Of a stretch of DNA of 64,000 nt, positions 1-9,389 are shown piece by piece. Source of the stretch: Clostridiales bacterium (GTDB lineage: Bacteria; Bacillota; Clostridia; Oscillospirales; Oscillospiraceae); assembly GCA_022779365.1 (NCBI GenBank), contig JALFSI010000015.1, forward strand, positions 13,698 through 77,697, read 5' to 3'. How positions within the stretch are numbered: position 1 is the stretch's first letter; each line of letters starts with the position of its first letter. A program made the translations under genes and the position numbers. Under the pieces are notes generated by a model. It saw nothing but the letters and a program-made list of their open reading frames with translations, did not search any database and was not told the DNA's origin.

Positions 1-2
1 AT

Positions 3-659
3 TTGCGGACACCGCTGACCTCTATTTCCGGCAACGCCGATACGCTGCTGCACAGCTATGCCGTGCTGGATGAACAAACGCGGAAACAGATTTTTATGGA
101 CATTTATGACGATGCGCAATGGCTGACCGGACTGGTTGAGAACTTGCTTTCCATTACGAAAATCGCGGACGGCAGCGTAAAACTGCACCTTTCTGATCAG
201 GTCGTGGACGACATCGTATCGGAATCGCTCCGGCATATCGACCGAAAGTCGGCGGAGCATCACATTACAGTAGATTGCGGAGATGAGCCGCTGCTGGTGC
301 GGGTGGATGCAGGACTCATCGTGCAGGTGCTTATCAATCTGGTGAACAATGCAGTCAAATATACTCCGGCTGGCTCGAACATCCGAATCACGGCAATCCA
401 GCGGGGAAATGCAGCAGAAATCTGCGTCAGCGACAACGGTCTCGGTATCCCGGATGAACTGAAGGAACATGTGTTTGAAATGTTCTTTACCGGGGGCAAT
501 CCGATTGGCGACAGCCGCCGAAGTCTTGGACTTGGGCTTACATTCTGTCAAGCCATCATTCATGCCCATAATGGCGAAATGACATTGAAAGATAATTCGC
601 CGCATGGCTGCATCTTTTCCTTTACAGTACCGCTCAGTGAGGTGAACCTAAATGAATAA
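3..659 (+). CDS. sensor histidine kinase, C-terminal fragment (KdpD-like; 5' end outside window)
   Basis: ORF is open at the window edge. H-box RTPLTSISGNADTLL, N-box LINLVNNAVKYTP, G-boxes DNGLGIP and GLGLTFC. Overlaps the downstream response regulator by 8 nt. Confidence 0.85.
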   Translation: MRTPLTSISGNADTLLHSYAVLDEQTRKQIFMDIYDDAQWLTGLVENLLSITKIADGSVKLHLSDQVVDDIVSESLRHIDRKSAEHHITVDCGDEPLLVRVDAGLIVQVLINLVNNAVKYTPAGSNIRITAIQRGNAAEICVSDNGLGIPDELKEHVFEMFFTGGNPIGDSRRSLGLGLTFCQAIIHAHNGEMTLKDNSPHGCIFSFTVPLSEVNLNE

Positions 660-1353
660 GCCGCTTGTCCTCGTTGTAGAAGATGATACGCCGGTGCGCA
701 ATCTGATCACAACGACGCTGAAAACCCATGAATACAGGTATCTTTCGGCGCAAAGCGGCGCAAGCGCCGTGATGGAGGCGCTGTCTCACAACCCGGACAT
801 TGTGCTGCTTGATTTGGGACTTCCCGATATGGACGGCGTGGAGATCATCCGAAAAATCCGTTCGTGGTCGAATATGCCAATCATTGTGATCAGTGCCAGA
901 ACGGAGGATGCTGATAAAATCGGGGCGCTGGATGCCGGGGCAGATGATTATCTAACGAAGCCTTTTTCCGTGGACGAACTGCTGGCGCGGCTGCGGGTGA
1001 CACAGCGGAGACTGTCGCTGATGAAAACAGACGCAGCGCAGGAATCTTCGATTTTTACGAACGGTGCGCTGAAAATCGACTATGCGGCAGGCTGCGCATA
1101 TCTTGGCGGTGCAGAACTGCACTTGACGCCCATCGAATACAAGCTGTTGTGTCTACTCTCAAAAAATGTGGGCAAGGTTCTGACCCACACCTACATCACG
1201 CAGCAGATTTGGGGCAGCAGTTGGGAAAACGATATTGCTTCTCTGCGGGTGTTCATGGCGACCCTGCGCAAAAAGCTGGAACGCGGAAAAGACGGGCAGC
1301 AATACATACAAACGCACATCGGAATCGGCTATCGGATGCTCCGCGTCGAATAG
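652..1353 (+). CDS. OmpR/KdpE-family response regulator
   Basis: Receiver domain (VLVVEDD, LLDLGLPDMDG, TKPF) plus a winged-helix C-terminus (LTPIEYKLL, IGYRM). Translationally coupled to the kinase. Confidence 0.88.
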   Translation: MNKPLVLVVEDDTPVRNLITTTLKTHEYRYLSAQSGASAVMEALSHNPDIVLLDLGLPDMDGVEIIRKIRSWSNMPIIVISARTEDADKIGALDAGADDYLTKPFSVDELLARLRVTQRRLSLMKTDAAQESSIFTNGALKIDYAAGCAYLGGAELHLTPIEYKLLCLLSKNVGKVLTHTYITQQIWGSSWENDIASLRVFMATLRKKLERGKDGQQYIQTHIGIGYRMLRVE

Positions 1354-1456
1354 CAGGGCGGCTTTCAAAAAATCTATGAATCATTAGGCTGTTGAAAACC
1401 TGTTTGGCATAGAAGGGCTGAACATCGCATGGTACGGTATCATCATCACATTCGGC

Positions 1457-2152
1457 ATGATTCTCGGATTTATGCTAGCACTTCGCCGGTGCAAAAAAAC
1501 TGGAGTTGAACCGGATCACTTATATAATCTCGTGCTTTGGCGGATTCCCGTGTGTATTCTCTGTGCCAGAGCATACTATGTGCTTTTTGAGTGGGAGCAG
1601 TACAAGGATAACCTTCTCTCCGTTTTTCAAATCAATAAGGGCGGGCTTGCCATTTATGGAGGCATCCTCGGCGGTGTTGCTGTTGTACTGATTTACTGCA
1701 AGGTCAAAAAGCTTTCCTTCTGGTCGCTTGCAGATACGCTGATTCCCAGCCTTGTTCTTGGACAAGCCATCGGGCGTTGGGGGAATTTTGTGAATCAGGA
1801 GGCTTACGGAAATCTGATCACAAATCCAGATCTCCAGTTCTTTCCGTATGGTGTTTACATAGAGGAACTCGGGCAGTGGCATCAGGCGACGTTCTTCTAC
1901 GAATCTGCACTGAATACACTGCTGCTGATTGTCATGCTGATCTCCTATCTGCATTTCAGAAAAAAGGGATATCTGCTTCCGTTTTACATGATCGGCTATG
2001 GTGTGATACGCTGCTTTGTAGAGGGACTTCGTACTGACAGTCTCTATCTGATGCCAGGTGTCCGCGTGTCGCAGGTGTTGTCTGGCTGCCTGATTCTATT
2101 GGGTGTTTTATTTATAGGTATTATTCGCAGAAGGCAGGATATACAGGCATGA
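1457..2152 (+). CDS. lgt: prolipoprotein diacylglyceryl transferase (start uncertain)
   Basis: Lgt motifs ARAYYV, GGLAIYGGILGG and GRWGNFVNQEAYG. Homology continues upstream of ATG 1457 as far as TAG 1385 (see finding). Confidence 0.8.
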   Translation: MILGFMLALRRCKKTGVEPDHLYNLVLWRIPVCILCARAYYVLFEWEQYKDNLLSVFQINKGGLAIYGGILGGVAVVLIYCKVKKLSFWSLADTLIPSLVLGQAIGRWGNFVNQEAYGNLITNPDLQFFPYGVYIEELGQWHQATFFYESALNTLLLIVMLISYLHFRKKGYLLPFYMIGYGVIRCFVEGLRTDSLYLMPGVRVSQVLSGCLILLGVLFIGIIRRRQDIQA

Positions 2153-2724
2153 AACTAATTTGCTCTTTATTTATCACATTCTTAAAAATCGGTGCGTTCA
2201 CCTTTGGCGGCGGATACGCTATGATTGCGCTGCTTGAAAATGAGTTCGTTGAAAAGAAAAAATGGCTTGAAAAAAGCGAGTTTCTGGACATGGTTGCGGT
2301 AGCCGAATCCACGCCAGGGCCAGTCGCCATCAACAGCGCGACTTACATTGGTTACAAAATTGCAGGATTTGCGGGTGCAGCCATGTCCACACTTGCTGTC
2401 TGCATTCCATCTTTCTTTATAATTTATGGTATCTCGCTGTTCTTTGATCAGTTTCTCAGTTTGCGCTGGGTTTCCTGCGCATTCCGCGGGATTCAGGTAT
2501 GTGTGATCTATCTGATCCTTACCGCAGGGCTGAAAATGCTTAAAAGTATTGACAAAAACACACTAAACTTGACGCTTCTCACGTTGGTCATGGCTTCCAT
2601 GCTCTGCTGCTCGATCACAGCAGTTTCGTTTTCCTCTGTGTTTTACATCCTGATCTGCGGCGCGGTCGGGCTTGTTGTTTTCTTTCTGCGAAAAATCCGG
2701 AAAGGACATGAGAAAACGTCATGA
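2149..2724 (+). CDS. chromate transporter (CHR family, short N-half type)
   Basis: FGGGYAMIALLE and ESTPGPVAIN motifs, multi-TM. ATGA overlaps with neighbouring genes. Confidence 0.82.
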   Translation: MKLICSLFITFLKIGAFTFGGGYAMIALLENEFVEKKKWLEKSEFLDMVAVAESTPGPVAINSATYIGYKIAGFAGAAMSTLAVCIPSFFIIYGISLFFDQFLSLRWVSCAFRGIQVCVIYLILTAGLKMLKSIDKNTLNLTLLTLVMASMLCCSITAVSFSSVFYILICGAVGLVVFFLRKIRKGHEKTS

Positions 2725-3296
2725 TATACCTGCGCCTCTTTCTGAACTTTTTGATGATCGGTGCCTTGTCTTTCGGCGGCGGCTATGGAATGGTTTCGCT
2801 GGTACGCGAAACGGTGCTTTCCAACGGCTGGCTGACAGAGAACGAGTTTCTGAATTTTATTGCCGTATCTGAATCCACACCGGGACCCCTTGCCGTGAAT
2901 ATGGCAACCTTTATCGGCTCAACACAGGGCGGAATCCTCGGTTCATTTGTTGCAACGCTGGGCGTGGTGCTGCCGTCATTTTTGATTATTCTCTTAATTG
3001 CATCCGCACTAAAGAATCTGATGAAATATGCACCCGTCAACGCCTTTTTATCGGGAGTCCGTCCGTGCGTTGTAGCGATGATCCTTGCGACCGCGCTCAG
3101 CATGGCGCTGTCTACGCTGTTTGGCCTCACAGATTTACAGGCCGGATTTGCGCCCGATTTGCGCTCTATCGCAGTATTTGCCATGCTCGGAGCAACGCAT
3201 CTGATTTGTAAAAAAATCAGAAAAACAGCTCCATCGCCAATTCTGATGATCCTGTTTTCAGCATGCCTCGGAATCTTGTTTTGGTGCATATTCTAG
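2721..3296 (+). CDS. chromate transporter (CHR family, second half-size paralog)
   Basis: FGGGYGMVSLV and ESTPGPLAVN motifs. Paired short-CHR arrangement with a 4-nt overlap. Confidence 0.82.
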   Translation: MIYLRLFLNFLMIGALSFGGGYGMVSLVRETVLSNGWLTENEFLNFIAVSESTPGPLAVNMATFIGSTQGGILGSFVATLGVVLPSFLIILLIASALKNLMKYAPVNAFLSGVRPCVVAMILATALSMALSTLFGLTDLQAGFAPDLRSIAVFAMLGATHLICKKIRKTAPSPILMILFSACLGILFWCIF

Positions 3297-3610
3297 CATG
3301 GCGATTGATTTTATTTCCAACTTCAATAGCAATTCCTGCTGAACCGCGCTTATTTCATTGCGTATAATTTCGAGCGACATCGCCCTTCATTCATGATGCC
3401 GCTCCGCGCTTCGGCCATACCATTCTGCCACAAATGAGCTGACCATCGTTGTAATACCACGCTGGATATTTACACGCACGCATTCGATAAGAACAAAAAA
3501 GCGGCAAGTCAGATCATGCAAAGCAGCCTGGAGATCTGAGCTATCCGGTCAAAAGTTCTATCCGGTTGCGCTACGCAGTAAAAACAGATAATTTGAACAA
3601 TTCTATATAA

Positions 3611-3645
3611 AAATGCCGTGAAATCATACGATTTCACGGCATTTT
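3611..3645. terminator. bidirectional intrinsic terminator hairpin
   Basis: Stem gccgtgaaatc / gatttcacggc (11 bp) with loop atac, flanked by an A-run and a T-run. Lies directly 3' of the tRNA on the minus strand. Confidence 0.65.
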
Positions 3646-3721
3646 GGTACGCCCGACACGATTCGAACGTGCGACCTACAGAGTCGGAGTCTGTCACTCT
3701 ATCCAGCTGAGCTACGAGCGC
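3645..3721 (-). tRNA. tRNA-Arg (anticodon CCG), CCA encoded
   Basis: Reverse complement is GCGCTCGTAGCTCAGCTGGATAGAGTGACAGACTCCGACTCTGTAGGTCGCACGTTCGAATCGTGTCGGGCGTACCA. It folds as a cloverleaf with anticodon loop CUCCGAC and T-loop TTCGAAT. Confidence 0.92.
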
Positions 3722-3743
3722 ATACCGCTTTGAAAGCTCCACT

Positions 3744-3772
3744 ATTATATCAGCTCCCGCGGTGAAAGTAAA
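3744..3772 (-). promoter_or_regulatory. putative sigma-70 promoter for tRNA-Arg
   Basis: Minus strand reads TTTACT - 17 nt - TATAAT, ending about 22 nt upstream of the tRNA 5' end. Confidence 0.4.
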
Positions 3773-3792
3773 GCCTAAACTGCGCGACTTTT

Positions 3793-4518
3793 TCAGACAT
3801 GGGCATACAGCGCGTACAGCGGCAGCTCGGGATCGTACTTCTGCGGCGCATAGTGGATCGAGCCGATGCGCGGTCCAGCCACGCCGTATTTGGGATTGAA
3901 GCCAAACAGGTTGCGGTACTGCATCAGATCGTCGTGTTCCTCGCGCATCGCCTCCAGCACCAGCAGAGCCGCCATGGCGTCGTCCACGGCGCGGTGCGAG
4001 TTTTCTGCCGCCACGTTGTAGCTCTCAATGGCATTTTTCAGCTTATGCGGGTACGGGCGGCGATCCTTGTAGACTGTGAGGATGTCCAGCATTCCAAGAT
4101 TTTTAAGGCAGTCCGCCATGCCCAGCCGCGACAGGTAAAAATACAAAAACGTAAAATCAAACTGCGCGTTGAACGCCGCCATCATCGTGCGCGGCGCTTG
4201 CAGCATCTGCGCAAAGCGCTCCGCCGCCTGTGCCTTTTCTACACCCTCGGCGGAAAGCATCTGCTCTGTGATGCCCGTCAGCTCCACGATCATGCCGGGC
4301 AGACGCCTGCCCGGTGTGAGGCGGATGAGGAGGTCCATTTCGTCCTCCACGCCGCCCGGTCCGACCGCCACCGCCGCCAGCTCGATGATCTCGTCGCGGC
4401 GGCAGTCGATGCCCGTTGTCTCCGTATCCAGCACGACCACACGGTCATACTGCGTAAAAATCGAATCCAGCATTTTATTTACCGGCGCAGCACGCGCCCT
4501 GCCCTTTCCTTCGTCCAT
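3793..4518 (-). CDS. DEDDh 3'-5' exonuclease (DNA polymerase III epsilon-like)
   Basis: ExoI VVLDTETTG, ExoII AFNAQFDFTFL, ExoIII HRAVDDAMA. An alternative start at M16 (4473) would remove the 40-nt overlap with the upstream gene. Confidence 0.82.
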   Translation of the reverse strand: MDEGKGRARAAPVNKMLDSIFTQYDRVVVLDTETTGIDCRRDEIIELAAVAVGPGGVEDEMDLLIRLTPGRRLPGMIVELTGITEQMLSAEGVEKAQAAERFAQMLQAPRTMMAAFNAQFDFTFLYFYLSRLGMADCLKNLGMLDILTVYKDRRPYPHKLKNAIESYNVAAENSHRAVDDAMAALLVLEAMREEHDDLMQYRNLFGFNPKYGVAGPRIGSIHYAPQKYDPELPLYALYAHV

Positions 4519-6077
4519 TCTCCACGCGCAATCGCGGGGCGTCCGCCGATGAACACATAGTCCATCCCCGCCGCCTCGCGCGCCGGGTCGGTGTAGGTGC
4601 CGCGCTCGTGCAGCGCCTGCGGGTCAAACACGCAAATATCCGCGTCCGCGCCCGGCTGCAAAATGCCCTTGCCGGTCAGCCGCAGGCGGCTCGCCGGAAG
4701 CGACGTCATTTTCCGCACCGCCTCTTCGAGCGGCAGGAGCTTCTTTTGGTTTACATAAGTCTCGATCATCCGCACGAACGAGCCGTACACGCGCGGGTGC
4801 AGCAGCCCGGTATCGGGATAGGTGCTGTCGGAAATGATGCTGCTGAACGGGCACGCGAGCACCCGCTCCAGATCGTCGTCACTCGCCACAGCGTCGATCA
4901 TCGACGGCGTACAGCCTTCATCCGCCAGCAGATCAAAGACCAGCTCATACGGGTCGCGCCCTGCCCTACTTGCCGCCTGCGCGACGCTCATGCCCAGCAG
5001 CCACGCGTTGCGCTCCTTCGCCGCGCTCGTTACATACACATTCTCCCAGCCGCACAGCAGCGAGATATTCTCAAAATCGCTGTCATGCTCCATCCGGCGG
5101 CGCACCTGCGCACGGTATGCGGGGTCGAGCAGATTCTGCGAAAGCTGCTCCAGCGGCGCGTTCTGGCACTCCGGCGGCAGGATATGGAGGAGCTGTGTCG
5201 AGCCGCGCGTGTAGGGGTACATATCGCACGCGGCGTCCAGACCCGCCTGCCGTGCATTTTCCAGCAGCCGCAGCATCTCCGGCGTGCATCTGCCCCAGTT
5301 GCGCTTGCCGATGCTCTTGAGGTGGCTCACTTCCAGCGGCACACGCAGCGTCTCAGCGACGTGCAGCATTTCGCGCAGCGACTCGACCACGCGGTCGCCC
5401 TCCTGCCGCATATGGACCGTCACAACCACATCGCTGCCCGCCAGCGGGCGCAGCGCCTCAATGAGCTCATCCGTCGTGTAAAAGCATTCCGGCGCGTAGC
5501 CGAGCCCCAGCGACACGCCCAGCGCGCCGTCGGAGAGCGCCTGCTCCAGCCGCAGGTGGAGCGTTTTCATCGCCTCCGGCGTCAGTACGGCGCTGCCAAA
5601 GCCCGCCACGCTCGCACGCAGCGTCCCGCCGCCGACCAGCATTCCCAGATTCAGCGGCAGCGGCTGTTTTTCGAGCGCCGTCAGGTACTCCCCCATGCTC
5701 TGCGCGCCCACCGCCTCCGGCAGCGCGCCGGTCACAGGATCAAGATAGTGCAGGATCTGCGTGCGGTATGCCTCGCCGCACGGCGCGACCGACAGCCCGC
5801 AGTTTCCGTTTACGATCGTCGTCAGTCCCTGCCGCAGCTCCGCGCGCCCAAAGCCCGGGCGAAACGCTGCCGCGTCGGCGTGACGGTGGATGTCAATAAA
5901 GCCCGGCGTGACGGCTTTGCCTGCCGCGTCCACACACACGCGCGCCTGCGCCGCGTCAAATTGCCCGATCCCAGCGATCGTTCCGTCCCGGACGGCAACG
6001 TCGGCGCGGAAGCCCGCGCGCCCCGTACCGTCGATCACCGTGCCGTTTTTCAGTACATAGTCCAGCAAAGCCAGCAC
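4479..6077 (-). CDS. N-acyl-D-amino-acid deacylase (D-aminoacylase, amidohydrolase superfamily)
   Basis: N-terminus YVLKNGTVIDGTG and metal motif GFIDIHRHAD. The ORF runs to 6188, but GTG 6077 has an AGGAAG RBS 8 nt upstream and gives a canonical N-terminus. Confidence 0.75.
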   Translation of the reverse strand: MLALLDYVLKNGTVIDGTGRAGFRADVAVRDGTIAGIGQFDAAQARVCVDAAGKAVTPGFIDIHRHADAAAFRPGFGRAELRQGLTTIVNGNCGLSVAPCGEAYRTQILHYLDPVTGALPEAVGAQSMGEYLTALEKQPLPLNLGMLVGGGTLRASVAGFGSAVLTPEAMKTLHLRLEQALSDGALGVSLGLGYAPECFYTTDELIEALRPLAGSDVVVTVHMRQEGDRVVESLREMLHVAETLRVPLEVSHLKSIGKRNWGRCTPEMLRLLENARQAGLDAACDMYPYTRGSTQLLHILPPECQNAPLEQLSQNLLDPAYRAQVRRRMEHDSDFENISLLCGWENVYVTSAAKERNAWLLGMSVAQAASRAGRDPYELVFDLLADEGCTPSMIDAVASDDDLERVLACPFSSIISDSTYPDTGLLHPRVYGSFVRMIETYVNQKKLLPLEEAVRKMTSLPASRLRLTGKGILQPGADADICVFDPQALHERGTYTDPAREAAGMDYVFIGGRPAIARGEWTKERAGRVLRR

Positions 6078-6235
6078 CCCATTTCTTCCTGATTCTACAC
6101 GCTTTCCCGTCAAAAAGCAACCACCGGGGCGCAAATTTGCGGCTTGCCATCCGATGCGCTTTATGGTATAACGAGTGCAAAGCAGCAACTGAGAATTTAG
6201 TAACCGCAGACGATTTCTTTAAGGGAGCGCGGGAG

Positions 6236-6718
6236 ATGGACATTCGACTTTTATCGCAGCGGTTCACGGTGCGCCGGCTGGACGCACGGGATGTGGACAT
6301 TATTTTTGAATTAAGCCGCAAAAATGAACTATTTTACAAATATCATCCGCCATTTATCACAAAAGAGGCTATTCTGGGCGACATGACGGCGCTTCCGCCG
6401 GATAAGGGGTACGAGGACAAATACTACGTCGGATTTTTCGAGCGGGAAACGCTCATCGCGCTCATGGACCTGATCCTGGCGTATCCAGAGCCGCAAACGG
6501 CCTTCATCGGGCTGTTTATGATGAGCACGGACTACCAGGGACGGGGCATTGCCTCTGAAATGATCGGCGATGTCTGCCGCTGTCTCAAGCAGCTCGGCTA
6601 TCAGAAGATCCGTCTCGGCGTGGACAAGGGCAATCCGCAGAGCTTTGCCTTCTGGTCCAAAAACGGCTTTCAGGTCACGGGCGAAACGGAATACATTCAT
6701 ATGGAACGGGTTTTATAA
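6236..6718 (+). CDS. GNAT family N-acetyltransferase
   Basis: Acetyl-CoA motif YQGRGIASEMI and C-terminal NPQSFAFWSKNGF. GGGAG RBS precedes ATG 6236; the ORF track starts it earlier, at 6137. Confidence 0.8.
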   Translation: MDIRLLSQRFTVRRLDARDVDIIFELSRKNELFYKYHPPFITKEAILGDMTALPPDKGYEDKYYVGFFERETLIALMDLILAYPEPQTAFIGLFMMSTDYQGRGIASEMIGDVCRCLKQLGYQKIRLGVDKGNPQSFAFWSKNGFQVTGETEYIHMERVL

Positions 6719-6730
6719 CGCCCATACAAA

Positions 6731-6762
6731 CGAAAGGCTTCCTCATTCGAGGAAGCCTTTCG
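6731..6762. terminator. bidirectional terminator between GNAT and gltX
   Basis: 14-bp stem cgaaaggcttcctc / gaggaagcctttcg with loop attc, located between convergent genes. Confidence 0.65.
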
Positions 6763-6766
6763 TGGT

Positions 6767-8260
6767 TTATTGTGCCTGCGAAAGCATAGCGATGCCGCGC
6801 TCGATGCGGGCGAGCGCTTCGTCCTTCCCAAGCAGGGCGCACAGCTCCGTCGCGCCGCCGGGGGTGGACGCCTTGCCGGACACGGCAACGCGCAGCGGCC
6901 AGAGGATGATGGAGTTTCTGACCCCCTTCTCCGCCGCCAGCGCGACGAGGCGCTCATACAGCCCCGTGTTGCTCCAATCCTCCTGCTCGCGCAGGACGGG
7001 CAGGAGCGTTTTGAGCGTTTCCAGCGAGTTTTCCAGCGTCGTTTTCGACTTTTTATGCACATACAGCGCCGTGTCGTACTCCGGCAGCTTGTCGAGGAAG
7101 TCCACGCGCTCGGCAAGATCGGTCAGCACCTCGCAGCGGGACTGCACCAGCGCTGCGACCGCCTCGAGGTCGATGGCGGGGTTCTGGATCGCCGCGCGCA
7201 GATACGGCTCTGCCTTCTCAAAAAACGCCTCCGGCGAGAGCTTTTTCATATACTCGGCGTTCATCCAGCGCAGCTTCTGAATGTCAAACACCGCCGGGCT
7301 CTTGGAGATGCCGGAAATGTCGAATGCCTTTACCAGCTCCGGCAGGGTGAAGAACTCCTGCTCGGCAAGCTCCCCCTTCGGACTCCAGCCCAGCAGCGCC
7401 ACATAGTTGAGCACCGCCTCGGTCAGGTAGCCATCGCGGATGAGGTCCTCATAGCTGGGGTCGCCGTGGCGCTTGGACATTTTGTGCTGCGCGTCGCGCA
7501 TGACGGGCGCGCAGTGGACATACGTCGGCACGTCCCAGCCGAACGCCTGATACAGCAGGTTATATTTTGGTGCGGACGAGAGATACTCGCTGCCGCGCAC
7601 GACGTGCGTGATGCCCATCAGGTGGTCGTCCACGACGTTTGCGAAGTTATACGTCGGCAGCCCGTCGGACTTGAGGAGCACCTGATCCTCCAGCTCCTTA
7701 TTTTCGACGGTGATGTCGCCGAACGACGCGTCGTGGAATGTAGTCGTGCCCTCGTGCGGGATCTTCTGGCGGATGACGAACGGCTGCGCCTCGGCGCGCT
7801 TTTTTGCCACCTCCAGCGGCAGGTCACGGCAGGCGCAGACATGCTTTTTGATCTCCTTGCCGTCATCCTCTCCCGCGTCCTCGTCCTCCGACTTCTGGCA
7901 GAAGCAGTAATACGCACCGCCCTTTTCGCACAGCAGCTCGGCGTATTTGCCGAACAGGTCGCGCCGCTCGGACTGGATATACGGACCGACCGGTCCGCCG
8001 ACGTCAGGACCTTCGTCGTGGTCAAGCCCGCACTCCGCCATCGTTTTGTAGATCACATCGGTCGCACCCTCGACGAGGCGTCCCTGATCGGTGTCCTCGA
8101 TGCGCAGAATGAACGTACCGCCGTGGCTGCGGGCGATGAGCCAGGTATACAGCGCCGTGCGGAGGTTGCCGACGTGCATATAGCCCGTGGGGCTGGGGGC
8201 AAAGCGGGTACGCACCTTGCCGTGCGGGATGCGCGCTTCCATCTGCTCAAAAAAATCCAT
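6767..8260 (-). CDS. gltX: glutamate--tRNA ligase
   Basis: HIGH-type motif PSPTGYMHVGNLRTAL and KMSKS motif (KMSKRHG). AGGAGG lies 8 nt upstream of ATG 8260; the ORF track extends to 8428. Confidence 0.92.
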   Translation of the reverse strand: MDFFEQMEARIPHGKVRTRFAPSPTGYMHVGNLRTALYTWLIARSHGGTFILRIEDTDQGRLVEGATDVIYKTMAECGLDHDEGPDVGGPVGPYIQSERRDLFGKYAELLCEKGGAYYCFCQKSEDEDAGEDDGKEIKKHVCACRDLPLEVAKKRAEAQPFVIRQKIPHEGTTTFHDASFGDITVENKELEDQVLLKSDGLPTYNFANVVDDHLMGITHVVRGSEYLSSAPKYNLLYQAFGWDVPTYVHCAPVMRDAQHKMSKRHGDPSYEDLIRDGYLTEAVLNYVALLGWSPKGELAEQEFFTLPELVKAFDISGISKSPAVFDIQKLRWMNAEYMKKLSPEAFFEKAEPYLRAAIQNPAIDLEAVAALVQSRCEVLTDLAERVDFLDKLPEYDTALYVHKKSKTTLENSLETLKTLLPVLREQEDWSNTGLYERLVALAAEKGVRNSIILWPLRVAVSGKASTPGGATELCALLGKDEALARIERGIAMLSQAQ

Positions 8261-8288
8261 AACGTTTTCCTCCTTGTATTCGCCCTTT

Positions 8289-8317
8289 ATCATATATTTT
8301 CTTTTGCCCCGCGTCAA
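8289..8317 (-). promoter_or_regulatory. putative gltX promoter
   Basis: Minus strand reads TTGACG - 17 nt - TATGAT, about 29 nt upstream of the gltX ATG. Confidence 0.45.
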
Positions 8318-8324
8318 TGCTTTG

Positions 8325-8353
8325 TTGCGAAATCCGAGCATATGTGGTAAAAT
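8325..8353 (+). promoter_or_regulatory. putative trpS promoter (extended -10)
   Basis: TTGCGA - 17 nt - TAAAAT, with TG one base upstream of the -10. About 43 nt upstream of the trpS ATG. Confidence 0.45.
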
Positions 8354-8396
8354 ATTTGTACTTATGTGAAAAATACGATAGACAGAGGGTATCACC

Positions 8397-9389
8397 ATGG
8401 ACAATAAAAAGAGAATTTTTTCCGGCATTCAGCCCAGCGGCGACCTGACGCTCGGCTCGTATATGGGCGCGATCAAAAACTGGGTGGGCTTGCAGGAGGA
8501 ATATGACTGCCTGTACTGCATCGTGGATATGCACGCCATCACTGTACGGCAGGTGCCTGCCGATCTGCGCCGCCGCAGCCTGGAACAGCTCGCGCAGTAT
8601 ATCGCCTGCGGGCTTGACCCGGAGAAGAACATCATGTTCATCCAGAGCCATGTCCCGGCGCACGCGGAGCTGAGCTGGGTGCTGGGCTGCTACACGCAGT
8701 TCGGAGAGCTCTCGCGCATGACGCAGTTCAAGATGAAGTCGCAGCAGCACGCCGATAATATCACGGCGGGGCTGTTCACTTACCCGGTGCTGATGGCGGC
8801 GGACATTTTGGTGTATCAGGCGGATCTTGTGCCCGTGGGTGAGGATCAGAAGCAGCACGTCGAGCTCTGCCGCGACATCGCCGCGCGCTTTAACAATTCC
8901 TTCCCCGACACGTTCACGCTGCCCGAGCCGTTCATCCCCAAGATGGGCGCGCGCATCATGAGCCTTGGCAATCCTGAAAACAAGATGTCCAAGTCCGACC
9001 CCGACGGCTGCGTGTATCTGATGGACAAGCCGGAGGATATTATGCGCAAATTTAAGCGCGCCGTCACCGACTGCGAGACCGCCGTCCGCTACGACCGCGA
9101 GAATAAGCCCGGCATCTCGAACCTGCTCACCATCTACTGCGCCGCCACCGGCAAGACGCTGGACGAGGCGCAGGCGGAATTTGCCGATCAGGGCTATGGC
9201 GTGTTTAAGCCCGCCGTGGGCGAGGCGGTCGTGGAGCTTGTCCGCCCCATCCGCGAGGAGACCACCCGCCTGCTCACCGACAAGGCGTATCTCGAAAGCA
9301 TTTACAAGACCGGCGCGGAGCGCGCGTCGTATCTCGCCAACAAAACACTGCGCAAGGTCTATAAAAAGATCGGTTTCGTCGCCCGCTGA
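8397..9389 (+). CDS. trpS: tryptophan--tRNA ligase
   Basis: Class I signature FSGIQPSGDLTLGSYMG and KMSKS present as KMSKSDP. 330 aa. Confidence 0.93.
   Translation: MDNKKRIFSGIQPSGDLTLGSYMGAIKNWVGLQEEYDCLYCIVDMHAITVRQVPADLRRRSLEQLAQYIACGLDPEKNIMFIQSHVPAHAELSWVLGCYTQFGELSRMTQFKMKSQQHADNITAGLFTYPVLMAADILVYQADLVPVGEDQKQHVELCRDIAARFNNSFPDTFTLPEPFIPKMGARIMSLGNPENKMSKSDPDGCVYLMDKPEDIMRKFKRAVTDCETAVRYDRENKPGISNLLTIYCAATGKTLDEAQAEFADQGYGVFKPAVGEAVVELVRPIREETTRLLTDKAYLESIYKTGAERASYLANKTLRKVYKKIGFVAR

Noticed and set aside
3509-3742. 77-aa minus-strand ORF
   Set aside because: It is made up largely of the tRNA-Arg gene and its terminator hairpin, so it is not a protein-coding gene.
3722-4600. Prophage or integrative element at the tRNA-Arg locus
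   Set aside because: The flanking genes are a DEDDh exonuclease and a D-aminoacylase with normal GC content. No integrase, excisionase or repeat of the tRNA 3' end was seen.
8261-8396. Possible T-box leader upstream of trpS or gltX
   Set aside because: The divergent spacer is only 136 nt, and plausible promoters leave 5' UTRs of about 30-40 nt. No specifier hairpin or T-box sequence (AGGGUGGNACCGCG-like) is present.
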